A stretch of DNA of 63,432 nt from Octopus bimaculoides (lineage: Eukaryota), in the NCBI RefSeq assembly GCF_001194135.2, contig NC_068984.1:35027583-35091014 (forward strand). Reading direction: 5' to 3'. The notes beneath the pieces are model-generated. The model saw only the letters and a list, made by a program, of their open reading frames with translations, did no database searches and was not told where the DNA came from. The position numbers and the translations under genes are program-made. How positions within the stretch are numbered: position 1 is the stretch's first letter; each line of letters opens with the position of its first letter. Shown piece by piece: positions 11,804 to 27,341 of the stretch.

Positions 11804-12979
11804 TTTTAACAAAAAAAAAGTTCCTAATTCTATTTGTCTATAGATTAAAACAATATTTTAGAATTACAGTTTTCATCAGACTGGTTTAGCTGACATCGCT
11901 GTAGACTCTCGTGAAGTAAATATGGAAAACTTTAATTCTATACGTAGAAAATAACGGTATTTTATTCATATCACAGATTTCATAATATGTGCCTTTAGAG
12001 AAGTACTTAAAGGATAATTTGATCGTCTGTGCATTGTTTCTGAAAATGAAGTCCGAACTATTGCAGCTGTAGGATGTTTGCCCATTGGTCTACTCTCTCA
12101 GGACTGCAGTGTTGTTAAATACCTACAAAACCTTCTCAGCTGTTTTCTTCCCTTAACATTCTAGTGTATGATGTTACATGTATTTAGGGCAAATGAATTT
12201 TGACAGCAAATTTCTTAGAAGCACACACTTACACACATTTAGATATGTGCCTATGATGATAGACATATACATATATATGCATTTATACAAACACCCAAAC
12301 ACACATAATCTTAAGTTATGTATATAATGTCATACGTGCTATTATGCTTGCTATAACTTATTATGAAGTTGATCATTGTTAATATCAAATATTTCACGAC
12401 AACAGAGACGGTGTTTTCTTTAACTTTTAGAGTGTCTTGATACATTTACGTTGAAGTATTTAGTATCAGAAAATACCTTTTCATTGTAAACAAATACAAT
12501 GACGGGAGCAATGGTAATACAATGTCCATCTTATTTCAATGATATTATGAATTCCAATCTTATAAGCGTCAATACATGGTCTGATATATTTGCTTGAATG
12601 TAAATCTCTACTTGAGTATGTTTTCTTTCACACAGTTTATGTTTCGTATTTTCCATTTTTCATTTTCTTTAATTTGCTTCCATTTTTTTTCTTAGTATGT
12701 TGTTTCTAGTTTACGAACTTTCTTTCGAACTTCTATCACTTCATATTACGAACAAGATTATGATATATTCTAGAACACAATACATGTCAGTTGTTCAGAT
12801 TTACATCAGACTGTCGGTGTAGAATGAAGTACAGGAAACTAACCGCTAGTGTCTGTATAACAAGAATCTACCGCTTCTTCCAGTCCAATCGTTTTGCATC
12901 CTATCGTTCCAGTCGTACCGTTCTGCATCTCTTGTGCAATATGTATATATATGTATGTATGTTTCTGTGTGTGGGAAGT

Positions 12980-13173
<194 letters not shown>

Positions 13174-14218
13174 GCGTGTGTATGAGTTTAGATAGACTGA
13201 TAAATAGATAATGAGACACACATACAGACTTCATATACTGTCACCAAAAAGTGCGGGTGAAGTATTATATTTACATTTAGACAAGATCTGGAAAGAAACA
13301 AAGACACCATCTTATAGATAACAAGGATTTCTTATAGAAATGTTATAGACGTTAGACATGAAACATCAGTGATTGTAGTGACTGGGAATACGACAGCCTC
13401 ACAACTCAGTTCTAGAGAAATTCTTAGAAACAATCCAACTCGAAGGTGAGGAGATGCAATACACCACTAATATTATACTAACAGTATAACTTTCATAAAA
13501 ACATGTTGTTTGCTGACCAGATCGTGCATCGTAGTCGAACTCATTCATTAAAACTTCATTGACTGCGATAGTTGCCTCTGCTACGGATCTTGTGCTACCT
13601 CAACAGATACTATGATTTGTATGAACTTACTCAATTAGTTCGGAATTCACGGGAAGTAATATATTCATGTCGGCCAGTCACTAAAAGCTTTGAATGTAAT
13701 TCAGGAATGATATAATGATTACTGTAATGTAATTTTCCATTCTTGGTGGAACACTGCCACAGTAAGAATAGTTTTATAGTAACATGAAACATTGTTACTG
13801 GAAAAATAATAACTACCGGGTATCTTTTACACAACTTCAGGTGTTGGGGCTTGCCGAGTAACTTAGTTTTATTGTTTCCATGGTAGAAATATATACGAAG
13901 GATGGTGATACTATTGAAAACTTCGAAGAAATATCGGGGTACAATTCAATAAAGGAAAGGTAAAACACTGGAAATATATATATATCTCCATGAATGTAGA
14001 GCCAATAAAAATTACAAGCATAGAACTACGCGAGGTTTAACATACTTGGGTTGCTTTATCAACGAGTTAGCTGATACCACTGCCGTCATAAAGCTGATGT
14101 TTGGCAAAGCCGAATCAACGTTTCTTCAGCTCAAGGCTATCTGGAGCATGAATATTTCTGAGGATGGAGAGGGGTAGAGAGAGGCAAAAGAATCACAATG
14201 GAAGTATAAGAAGAATTA

Positions 14219-14305
<87 letters not shown>

Positions 14306-14375
14306 TGTGTGTGTGTGTGTGTGTGTGTATTTGTGTGAGTGTGTATGCGTGCGTGTGTGTGTGTGTGCGTGCCTG
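14219..14375. repeat. Long (TG)n microsatellite
   Basis: Directly visible. Confidence 0.95.
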
Positions 14376-15204
14376 TGCATGTATACACGGAAAGAGAAAA
14401 TCAATATAAATATATAGGCAGATATGATGACAAACCTGGATTCTGCCAAGCAGAGGGGAAAATATTATTTTCTGGTGGAAATATTATTTCCACCATATTT
14501 GATAAACAAACACAACTGATGGATATCTGTTTCATAACTACTTTGTAATAAAAAGAAATGAAAACATAGTTCGATGAGAACGAAACGAAAGCGGGCAGAA
14601 ACTACAGAAACAGAAAAGATTAAACGAAAGATTAGAAAGAGTATCAAAAATAATGCAATGGATACTTGACGTGGCACTTTTAGAATGAAGAAAAGAAGAG
14701 AAATAATTCGAAAACCGCCGGAAAAATTGCGACGTAATTTTTACACTAAACTACTTACTATGAATGTGCAGAAAGAAATAAAGTCTCTGAGATATTTATT
14801 AAGTAAACAATTCTATTTTCCTACGCCAACCAGACCACAATTGTCTACCGTTACTTCCTTGCGTTTCCATCACTACTTCGCCGGCTTCAGTGAATTCTAT
14901 GGTTATAGGAAAAGATGTAACAGATATTAACATACCTGTGAGGTTGTCTATACTTTCCGACTCATTGCAGGTATTAACTATTGACAAATAGTGTTAATTT
15001 TTCAACTTGCTCATAGATTCTAAATTATCTTTTCATGACGTTTCTTAACACCAGCTAATGCTAACAAGTCCCCGACAGCAATCTTTATTACCATACACTT
15101 TTATATATTCTGGTTGAGTTCACTTGTTTCTGGCGCAACTAAAAAACGTACTGGATTGTATCTAGTTATTCTCCTTTCATCAATCAATCTATCAATTTGT
15201 CCAG

Positions 15205-15432
15205 CTATTCTTTCCCCCCTCTCTCCCTCTCTCCCTCTCTCCATCTCTCCCTGTCTCTCTCCCGCTCTCTCTCTCCCTCTCTCTCTTTCTCCCTCTCTCT
15301 CTATTCCCCTCTCTTTCTCTTTTTCCCTCTCTACCTCTCTCACTCTCTCTCTCATTTACTTTCTCTTCCTCTCTCACACTCTCTTTCTCGCTCTCTTCCT
15401 CTGCCAATCACTTTCTTTTTCTCTTTCTCTTT

Positions 15433-15480
<48 letters not shown>
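15205..15480. repeat. Degenerate (CT)n polypyrimidine tract
   Basis: Directly visible. Confidence 0.9.
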
Positions 15481-15482
<2 letters not shown>

Positions 15483-18400
15483 CAAAGACATGCACACGCG
15501 TACGAGCTCATGAAAACAAACACACCCCCATGCAAGGAAAATAAATAAACTGAAACGAAAACCAGAGAGAAGTATGCATTACACATACATCTATAGATAT
15601 ATAGACACAAAGACGCTCACATTCACGCCCACACACATATACACACATATATCATACATGCTGCAACACTGACATAGAGAAATTTCGAACACTTATATCC
15701 GTATGTGTTTGTCTTCGCGCGTATACATATATGTGCATGCATGTATAAGTACTATTCATATTGACTTAAGCATGCATTCATAAACTTTAATATATTTGTA
15801 CATACATGCACACACACGCTAGACTAAGATGGAATACAATAGTCTTTCTTTATTGTCATTTAAAGCAGCGGAACTCATACAAACGAAAATGACTGGCGAG
15901 TTAAGTAATATCTACTGTGATAACCTAGATTGAAGTGAACAGGAAGTCACAAGAATGCCGTGTTTTACAGTCATCGGCCTTAACTGATATTTTGATCGCT
16001 TGTTTAAAATCTCTACGACACCAGGTGAAAAGGTGTTCCTAAATCAGATGGTTCTTTTTATTCGAGACCAGACTCTTATTCCTTGGCGTAAAAGTCAGTG
16101 AACTGACATAAAAGTACTGAATTTGAAAATGTGCTCAAAGCGATGGTTTTTATACAACTGCATAAGAGCAGAAATTCTTGTAAATCAAAGCAACGATTTC
16201 TTTGATTATTAACTTTCCTGCTTATTTCACTCAACTTTAGTAGCAGCTAACTTCGTCTATATCGATAATAAGAAATGGTTGCTTACAATCAGTTATTTCG
16301 ATGCATATGCTTGTGCGTGTGTCATTTTAAACCTAAAGTTGAAAGCATATTTTCATGAAGTGTGAGAGTAAGGATTCGATTTTTTTTTCTGTAAGTGTCT
16401 TCGGTAAAACAGGCGTACGTTCATGTTCTGATGAAGGTGATGTAACGCAATTTCAAGGAATGAATATAGTGAAGGACATCTGGTTTTCTTCTTAACTGGA
16501 ACAGCACCACTAGAAACAAATTCTCACTCTTTTCTTGCAGTTAATACTTTGCATGCGTTCATGACATTGATTGTTTGATGACAGTGTCGTGAGTCCAATA
16601 AATAAACGATTCATACTATTGTTAGTATGATTGATATTATTGTTAATTTGGGTAATGACATGAATTCTGCATGTACATATCGAACTATAAACAAGTAGAA
16701 TAATAGTGACTCTTAGCACGGTTTATTCTGAGGTATTAATGGATTTAATGCATCAGTTTTATGAAACTAAAGTGATACTATTGCATCCTTAGAGATTTTC
16801 AACGCTTCACGCCTACTTTGATACCAATCCTAAAATAAAGATTAAGTTACTCTCTAGATATTCTCCTATTTCCCTAGAAAAATTGTTTTATCATCAAAAT
16901 TCTAAATATTTCTGATCACGTAAACCGACAAAACCAATGTACATATAGATATACTTCTTTTTATTAAACACTAGGCTGGGTCTTACAACGTTAGACTTTT
17001 TTCTTGATTTACACTACTATATCTCTCTCTCTAATTTACTTTTCGAAACATGGTATAGTGTACTCTATCCCGAGTGAGAGAAATATCCTTGACCTTGCTC
17101 TAAATCTACCGACGTTGAAGAAACATTTGCTAAAAATATTCTGTCCAAACTCATCAATCTTTCGGCCTCTTCGCTAAGGAATTAATAGAATTATATCAAC
17201 CAGTGTTCTCCTCTTTTATCTCATTGACCAATGGTCACTAGTCCCGAAGAAGGTAACAAAAAATGTCTTTACATTTCATATTAACGAAGCAGTACACTCT
17301 ATCAGGTGTGAGAAACTTCTTGCTAATCTGCTCGTCATAGGTCTCATCCGTCTCCCATCTCTTGGGTTGAACATTTTCAGTAACATCAGGCCACTGAGGT
17401 GTGCACTGGAGAAGAACCATCTCATCCATAGGCTATCAGTCCTTATTTGCCCCACGTTTCAATTATATCAACAGAGCTTTTCCATCTAAATAAATATCTG
17501 CATATTCTCATCTCCAACCAAAACAGTGCCCTATGTAAATTATATCACTCTTCGCTCCTCCTTAACCATCCACACATAAGTACGATTCACAAAATTTCAG
17601 GATGATATGAAGTGTGAAAATCTCTCATAAGTTTTGTTTTAAAATGCCAATACATGATACATAACTTATATTTAAAAATTCCAATACATGGTACGTGATT
17701 GCCCAATCAGTTACTGACTCTCACTTCCTATTCGCTATTTCTAAATCGTTATTTTTCGTTTTCTCTCTCTCTAGTATTGTATTTGATCCGTTATTAACAT
17801 ACCGACACTTGAATGAATGGATAAGATTTGAGTATGAATAATTGGAAAGGTTCGGAACCTTATATATATTATTTGATTCTTACATTTAGGTATGCATTTA
17901 TTTAATGCGCTTCTGTTGTATATGACGCACAGTTCCCTTTTGAGAGAATGGTAGGTGCACCAGTGTACTAAGTTGCGTTTAGCAATATTTAGTTTTGTTG
18001 CATATTTTCGGATGATCTTCACGGCTTGGTACCTTGGTAATCCCTATATAAACACCACACTTACTCTTCCACAAGAAACCAAACATAAAACGAAACTCAC
18101 TAATGAATTCCCTTTCCTCTATCATTCTTCGACCCCCGGCTCTAAGTAGATCATTAGATTTCCTAACACCAAAGCATTTTTTCGTCAGTGTAGACGTATA
18201 TACGTTCGAATAAGCTAAACTTTCTAGTCGTTACGATTTGTTATTGAAATTGGTGTGATGATTATCTTCTGACTAAGACATAAATAATGGGGCGAGGATT
18301 TATAACATGAATTCCCTATTTACACTTACTAAGATCTTAGATTATTATTTTCTGCAAAGACAGTCAGCTCTCCATGTCATTCTCATCAAGATTGTCTCTC

Positions 18401-19580
18401 ACGCATTCCTTAGTAGGAGTACAGGAAACAGTAGAATAAATATTATGGAACAGCGATATATGACGGAAATACAAAGTAGATGTGTAAGAAACAACCTAAA
18501 TGGAACTAGCGATGTGATGCTCTTATTTAGGCCTCAACTTAGACTTCATGAAGCTGACCTATGATGAAATTTAATATAATTTCAACCATCCTTGCCTTTT
18601 GCTTCTGGCTTAATGCATCTAATGTGTCCTTATTTAAAAGTCAGATTGTGCAATTGAGAGAGATTTCCTTGTTAATTCTTACAATTGAGCTATCACATAC
18701 ACGCTTTCAACGACGGCTTGAGGCTCAGGTGTTTATTATTGGCGGTACTGTAAATTTAAAAGTTTGAGAATATATTAAATTTGCTGATTATGTAAATAAA
18801 ATATTTGCAATACATTTGGAAGTTAATTGCTTGCAGGATAAGTTTTTAAAACCCATTTACATAATTAAATGACACATCTCGAAAATATATACACAAAACA
18901 GCAATTCTTTTACTGCTATTTAAACCACATGAAACTGCCAATACATTTACATTTCAGCTCTCTTTCTTTCATTCTTTCGCTCTTTCCTAATCTCTAGCTT
19001 TTCCTTATCTTCTTCTTTTCTTTCTATTCGCAGCTATATGAGCATGCTCGTATGTGTGTATTTTAAAACTTGCCTGGTGGTGTTTACCAGCAAGCAAACC
19101 TTCATTAATTCGCGAGCAACGCATATTCTGTAATATACGTTACCATGAGTTTAAAGACAACAAAAATCTATATGAAATATTTACAGAGAAAGAAATACCG
19201 GAATATGTCAGACAGAGTGGTTACACGCATATGCTAGCAAATGGAAGCTGCCATGTATTTATACTGCCACATGTACATAGAAACTCAGACGCACAAGCGC
19301 AATGACTGGTATACATACACATTGTTGAAAAATAATATTGTATCCTGACTATGCACATTGATACATACATATATAGATATATACTTGCATTTCATTTTGA
19401 AAACTTCGTTTCCACGACGTACACATGAAAACACAGTAACACGCACGTATATACTTACATACATACGAGTATATGTATGTGCTATAAATATATGCCTGTG
19501 TACGATTTGGCATATGAGGTAGCAGATCAATAGAGAAATCAACGTAGACGTAACAGTATTGATTTTAACACATACACTCA

Positions 19581-19614
<34 letters not shown>

Positions 19615-19781
19615 TACGTATATAAAGAAATACAGATAAACAGAAAGACTGACATATATATATATATATCGTCAAATACAAATATTTATATATAGAAAAA
19701 TCCATCTATCCATCCATTTATACATACTTACATTTATATACACACACGCACACACACACATACACACGCGCGCACACATAC

Positions 19782-19829
<48 letters not shown>

Positions 19830-19859
19830 CTCACCGCACATAAACATATGTGTAAATTC

Positions 19860-19904
<45 letters not shown>

Positions 19905-20649
19905 ATACACACACACACACACAAACGTATATATATATTCGTATATTTTATCAAAAGTTGAGATAAGATTTATTTCCTTTTTAAGAAGATTTACATAATT
20001 AATATCAGAAATCATTGGGCAGGCGTATAAAGTATCAAGATAGTAACAATTGCTAATAGATTAGCGAAGTTAAGGAATATTGAATACCACAAAAATATTG
20101 ACAGAAACTTAAATGCATAGAGATCAGAATTTTTTTTCTTCTTTGAAAGAGGGAAAAAGTGATGGTTGTTTGTGTTGTGGTTTTAAGTTGCTTTACCAAT
20201 AATATTTGGAATGTTATAAAACCTTTATCGAACATTGGTTTTTCACATCTTGGAAATGTTCAATAGATTTACACAAACACAAGTAGACATATACATACAA
20301 AAACACATGCACTAATTTACATAAACGCACGGATACATACAACTCAGTATGTGAACAGAGAACTATATATACGCATATGTGAAAACATACAAATATGAAC
20401 ACATATATACATATATGAGTGCGTATATATAAATGAATGCAAATGTATATGTATATATATTTATNNNNNNNNNNNNNNNNNNNNNNNNNNNNNNNNNNNN
20501 NNNNNNNNNNNNNNNNNNNNNNNNNNNNNNNNNNNNNNNNNNNNNNNNNNNNNNNNNNNNNNNNNNNNNNNNNNNNNNNNNNNNNNNNNNNNNNNNNNNN
20601 NNNNNNNNNNNNNNNNNNNNNNNNNNNNNNNNNNNNNNNNNNNNNNNNN

Positions 20650-20689
<40 letters not shown>

Positions 20690-22545
20690 TATACAATTGT
20701 ATATATAGATACATACACAAGCACATACACACACACACACACACACATATTTGTAGTATTAGCCAAAGGTCAAGATTTATAGGTTATGGTCCTGGTACAG
20801 AAAAGAGAATCAACTCCATTGAAAATTAATAAATATTTTATTGTCTGCAGTGACATGGAAGGTAAAATCCACTTGGCATGATTTGAACTCTAAACAGTGA
20901 GGGAAAAATCTAATTACTTACATTCAATAATAGTTTCGGGCTCTGGTGATTCGAACAGAAACATCAAGTTTAATTTTAATAATACTTATTGTAATCTAAA
21001 TGATATTAGCGCGTGCGCACTCATATACACACGCACATTTATGCACATATATATTTTCATATATATGCATACCTATATATCTATACGAACATGTATATGC
21101 AAACCAAAATATATAGAAACATACATACATGCATACATACAGACATGCATGCCTGCATAGATGCATACGTGCATACATACATTGCACAAAATGAATAATA
21201 GCAATACAGTATTAGAAAACATATAAATGTGTGTTTGTGTGTGAATTTGACTGTGTGTGGCTACAAAGCATTCGAAGCCACTATATCCTGCGGAAATTCT
21301 TCCCAGTTTCTGGGCCTTGATTCTCTTGTTAACTAGGTTAAGAATCATTAGTTATAAGTCTTAATTTCAGCTGACCTACGTTGAACAAAGGCAAAAAAAC
21401 CTAGAAAAACATGGGTATAAACATATGGAGCGAGTGCAAAAGTTTCTCGGTGCTTCTTTTACTCCTATAAACTATAAATAAAGCCAAGCTTCATCGAATC
21501 AGAGAAACCTTTTGAAGAAGAAATAACAGATATAAACAATTTTGTAGTCGTGGTTACATTGCAAGTAAAACTATGTTGCCAAGTTCATAGAAAGGATTGA
21601 TTAGGCTGATGATTTGAACTTAAATATAATTACACACACAACACACACACACACACACACATACACACGCACGCACACACACACACACACACACACATAC
21701 ACATATGTGTTTTGAAATATTGCTTAATATAACATTTAGAATATATAACATTTAGAATGTTCGTGTTGTAGCGTCTTATCTAGATTATTTATTAGATGTG
21801 TTCAATTAGCAGACGTATATCCTGTATATCATCAGCAAATAAAAATAGGGCGGTCATGGCTCGAACCATTATTCACTTCAAGATAGCTCATTTGCAAAAT
21901 AACAGCAAAAACATTAAAATATTTTCAGAAGTCAGAAAACTCCTAAAAACATTGTATGTATATAAGACAAAAGCTTGCTAAATACATGTGAATAGATGAC
22001 TATACAGTTCGCATATAATATACAACTGAGTACGTTTTTCTAATATGGCATTTTTAAGTGATAGAAACGCTTTCAAAGACCTTGGCGAGCGCTCAGTCTT
22101 TAAGTTTCATTGTTGTAGATGACTTATTCATATATTGGTGCAATTGACTTTAGGTGTCATTGATTGGAATATCAGAACAGTAGATTGTTAGGATCCTCTG
22201 CAGAAAATGTCTTGCGACATTACTTCCGATTATTTAAAGGCTGTGGTTGAATCCTACTTAGGTTACATTTCGTTTCATCCATCCAGTGAACAATAATCAA
22301 AGTCCCACTGAAGTGGACAAACTATTCTTAAAGAATTGCTGAATTTTACTTAAATTTCAAACAGGTTTTCTGGGCATATTCTAGCACAATATAACATCTA
22401 TGTACTTCAGTATCTAACGTTACAATACCTTGCTATCATACTGAGTCAATATGACAAAGATTATGATACAGTCTCCTTTGACTAAAGAAACATCAACTGA
22501 GAAAATAATTTCTCTATTGTAAATGATATTTTGCATGTAAGACAA

Positions 22546-22600
<55 letters not shown>

Positions 22601-22617
22601 NNNNNNNNNNNNNNNNN

Positions 22618-22655
<38 letters not shown>

Positions 22656-23283
22656 TTGATGATACAAGGCAAAACAATTTTGTGGAAGATTTTATGTCTT
22701 TATTATAAATTTATAACGTTTTGCACATTTTTTATAACAATGCCATGGTTGGCTTCTCATAATTGCGGTTATATATCTGCAGCAGTATATTTAAACTCAT
22801 ATAAGAATAAACAGATTCTTTTATTATATATTCTTAATGTATATAGAAGTATATTTGTACGTATGTATACATTTATGCGCACGTATATATACGCTTTATA
22901 CACGTGTGTGTATGCGTGTGTGTGTGTGTGTGTGTGTGTGTATGTCTGTGCGTGATTGTGTACGTGTATATGGTTAAATGCACATACACACACAGACTCC
23001 AAGTATATTGGTACGCATCTAGATATTCTCGTAAATATTTGGATTGCAAACAAAATGAAAACGTAGGACGGTATCGGTTGTTTCCATAAGGGTACGAATT
23101 CGTGCGTGTCAGTTTATAAATAATGCATGTTTACATAAATATAAATGCATACATAAATACATATAAATGAAATATATATGTTATATATGTGTATAAGTGT
23201 ATATCTATGTGCGCGCGTGTGTGTGTGTGTGTGTGTATGTGTGTGTATGTGTGTGTTTGGGTGTGCGTGTGCGTGTGTGTGTA

Positions 23284-23314
<31 letters not shown>

Positions 23315-23748
23315 CTATATATACATTCTATGATATATATGGTTACGTATTTGCTTGCGTGTGTGTGTGTAAAGAGATGGACAGTACGGGGGAAAATATA
23401 GAGAGCAATACAGGACAAATAGCAATTTGAAACTATTTGGATATCATATATTTAGCTAGTAATGATAATCTGAGATGCGGCGTACATTTTTTAATATGGA
23501 AATGGTTTCACGTCACAGAACTTGCTAAGTCAATTTTCCCTAGGTAGGTATTTAAAAGAGACAATTACTTCTGTTTTTATTCACGCACACCTGAAAGCAA
23601 TATAATTATATATTTAAATGCTCATACGCATGAACGTCAGTGTACGTCTCCGTAGTATATAACTGTATGCTTGTCGGTGTGTATGTGCATTAGTTTATTT
23701 ATACACATATATTTACATATATACACACATACATACACACAGACACAC

Positions 23749-23789
<41 letters not shown>

Positions 23790-24252
23790 TATACATAAAG
23801 AGAAAGAGAAAGAGAGAGAGAAAAACAAAGTGTGATGAGGAGAGAGAGAAATATCAAGATCTTGATAGAAGGGAAATATGGTAAAGAGAATAAAATAAAG
23901 GATATACCAAGGCTACTTCAGATAATTTCACAATACAATTTATTGTTTAGATACTTAGTATCTTAGAAAAGGTCCATTTTTGTACGTTTCGGATAGTATC
24001 CCTCTTCGATATATGGGGCAGATTGTGAAGAGACAATGAAAGATGAGGAGCAGAGGGTAAAAAATAAAAGAGTGAAATATGAATTTCAATCCAAGCTAGA
24101 TTATCGCGAGATATTGATGGCATTGCCTGCTCAGAAAAGAATGAAATATTGTCATATAGGTAGATTGGAGGAAAGAAAAATTGAGAGGATTGTAAGAAAG
24201 TGGAGAAGGGAAAGGCTGTCAAATTAGTCTGTAAGAAGAACTCTTTCTTATG

Positions 24253-24303
<51 letters not shown>

Positions 24304-24543
24304 NNNNNNNNNNNNNNNNNNNNNNNNNNNNNNNNNNNNNNNNNNNNNNNNNNNNNNNNNNNNNNNNNNNNNNNNNNNNNNNNNNNNNNNNNNNNNNNNN
24401 NNNNNNNNNNNNNNNNNNNNNNNNNNNNNNNNNNNNNNNNNNNNNNNNNNNNNNNNNNNNNNNNNNNNNNNNNNNNNNNNNNNNNNNNNNNNNNNNNNNN
24501 NNNNNNNNNNNNNNNNNNNNNNNNNNNNNNNNNNNNNNNTATA

Positions 24544-24610
<67 letters not shown>

Positions 24611-25318
24611 ATATATATGTCTATGTATATATAGGTATATATATGTATGTATATACTTATGTAAATGAATGTATATGTGTATGCGTGTTTTCACATGTGC
24701 TTTTACGATTTTGCCCCGTCTTCATTTATACTATGAGTATGTGTCTATGTCTGTGTCTGTGTATGCACATGCATGTCTATGTGTCTATGCTTGTACTCTA
24801 CTGTTTGCAATGTAGTTATTAACTCACGTGCAATCCGTATTTGAACAGACGGGTTCTAGCCGTAATCATCACATGCTTTTATATTGTTACAACGTGCAGA
24901 GTTTCTGTGAAACATTGTAGTGTGTTTCGGTGGGTATTTGGCTACTCATTTTATAAGGACTAGTGACAGAAAAGAGAGTATTTTTTCTTGGTTCAATTCT
25001 GTTCATTAATATGAATAGGATGACCATCTCAAAATACTCCAGTATTCCGATGAACGATGAGATGTAGAACAATACAAGTGTGTGTGCGCAGATTATTTGA
25101 GTGTTTCACTGTCTCTAGGCGTAGTATTTGGAAATTAATAATTGATTGGTTGAACAGATGTACATTCATAAAACTCTGATGAAAGAATCGCAAAATCGAC
25201 CTTTACTATCATTGATCGCTGTCATGTGAAACACGAAAAGTAAAATGTCATATATCTAGATCTTCTTCATCCTTTGCTTGCTTCGCTCGTCATATGTGTT
25301 AGACACTAATATCCTCAC

Positions 25319-25327
25319 CTGCTGACC
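25319..25327 (-). CDS. Candidate 9-nt microexon (Gly-Gln-Gln in phase 0)
   Basis: Minus strand gctatccttgttatctctttag|GGTCAGCAG|gtgagg; strong acceptor and donor, frame-preserving. Confidence 0.3.
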
Positions 25328-26218
25328 CTAAAGAGATAACAAGGATAGCAGCATGTTACCGGTATATAACACACTATATTTCAAATTCCATTGGTACCGA
25401 CCAACGCACGCACACGCATACAAACGCACACATACACACCACTCAAACATATCCACACACAAACACACACATAAACACACATTAGCTTTCTCACTGACGC
25501 GCTCATTTATAAATCAGATATAATTGTGATAGAATCGCACCAGATTTAACAGTGTGTGTATAGATATGTTTATATATATAAATATATTTAACTCTTTGTC
25601 TCTCTCTGTCTATCTATCTATTTATTTATCCATCTGTCTGTCTGTCTGTCTGTCTGTCTGTGTATGTATATATATATATATATATATATANNNNNNNNNN
25701 NNNNNNNNNNNNNNNNNNNNNNNNNNNNNNNNNNNNNNNNNNNNNNNNNNNNNNNNNNNNNNNNNNNNNNNNNNNNNNNNNNNNNNNNNNNNNNNNNNNN
25801 NNNNNNNNNNNNNNNNNNNNNNNNNNNNNNNNNNNNNNNNNNNNNNNNNNNNNNNNNNNNNNNNNNNNNNNNNNNNNNNNNNNNNNNNNNNNNNNNNNNN
25901 NNNNNNNNNNNNNNNNNNNNNNNNNNNNNNNNNNNNNNNNNNNNNNNNNNNNNNNNNNNNNNNNNNNNNNNNNNNNNNNNNNNNNNNNNNNNNNNNNNNN
26001 NNNNNNNNNNNNNNNNNNNNNNNNNNNNNNNNNNNNNNNNNNNNNNNNNNNNNNNNNNNNNNNNNNNNNNNNNNNNNNNNNNNNNNNNNNNNNNNNNNNN
26101 NNNNNNNNNNNNNNNNNNNNNNNNNNNNNNNNNNNNNNNNNNNNNNNNNNNNNNNNNNNNNNNNNNNNNNNNNNNNNNNNNNNNNNNNNNNNNNNNNNNN
26201 NNNNNNNNNNNNNNNNNN

Positions 26219-26275
<57 letters not shown>

Positions 26276-27182
26276 ATATAGGAAGTGAAAGGGAGAGAGA
26301 GTGAGGGAGAGACATACACAAACACACACACAGACACAGGTACACACATAATAGAACTTTATTATTTTTCATTTCCTCTCTTGTTTAAGTAGACTTTTGA
26401 ATGTTCCACGCATAGAAATGCGCACTTTGTAACTTCAATTTTTTCTGCTTGATTTTACTTGATAGTAAAAAATTGTTTTCCAATATGTATATTTGCCTAT
26501 ACTGGATTGGTATTCCGTATATTTATTCTTAAGTAAGAGATATAAACGTTAGCGTTACTTTGTTTCTGGCCTTCACATCCAAGGCCTCATCACAGATTGA
26601 TTTCGATCAAAGTTAATGATACTGCTGAAATGACAACGTCTCCTCCACAAATTTGCACCGTGCCATCTTCAAAACGAACTCATATGATAATTTGGCCCCG
26701 TGTAAACTATTCCGGATTGGATTGTATTAGTGGTTACGTATTTTATCTATGTTCTAATCGATCAGATATTCGAAGTATAAACAATTATATACAACACAAC
26801 ATCAAGGCCAGTAACCAGAGAGATAAAAGAACGAGTGCCCCGAGTTCAAATCAAACTTTTATCAATGTGCACATTCAAGAGAAGAGCGTGAAGCAAAGAT
26901 CAATTATCGATCTGATCAGCAGTTTGTGTAGATATTAACAGCTAAAATTAATGAAATAGACAATTAATATCTTAATTATGGTGATAAATTATCGATATTC
27001 CATGGCTATAAAGGTACACAACTGCGACTAGCATTATATCAAGGAGTCTAGAGTAGTTTACATCATGGATTTGGATAAGGAAATGAATAGAGTGATTACA
27101 GTAGATACACATACAAGAGATACACAGAGTAGATATACTGAGTAGATACACTCATACATGTATACCACCCCACACACACACA

Positions 27183-27300
27183 TTGTTTCAGTCATTCGAC
27201 CCCAGTACTTATATTCATTCGATGGAGGACGCAAACATAGTAACGATGAGTGTCAAAGGGTGTTTGTGTGAAAAGAATCCAGACGCAAAGTCACATGCCC
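27183..27300 (-). mobile_element. SINE family B 3' fragment, internally deleted
   Basis: TTGTTTCAGTCATT..CGACCCCAGTACTTAT..GGACGCAAACA resembles the family B tail (compare GGACGTAAACAC at about 36771). Confidence 0.55.

Positions 27301-27341
<41 letters not shown>

Noticed and set aside
14799-14987. EFTEAGEVV resembling a histidine-kinase N-box
   Set aside because: A few residues only, in eukaryotic non-coding context
25170-25240. CTGATGA ... GAAAC as another hammerhead
   Set aside because: No stem II or stem I pairing; likewise for CTGATGA at about 11872 (-), 16428, 40103 and 40835
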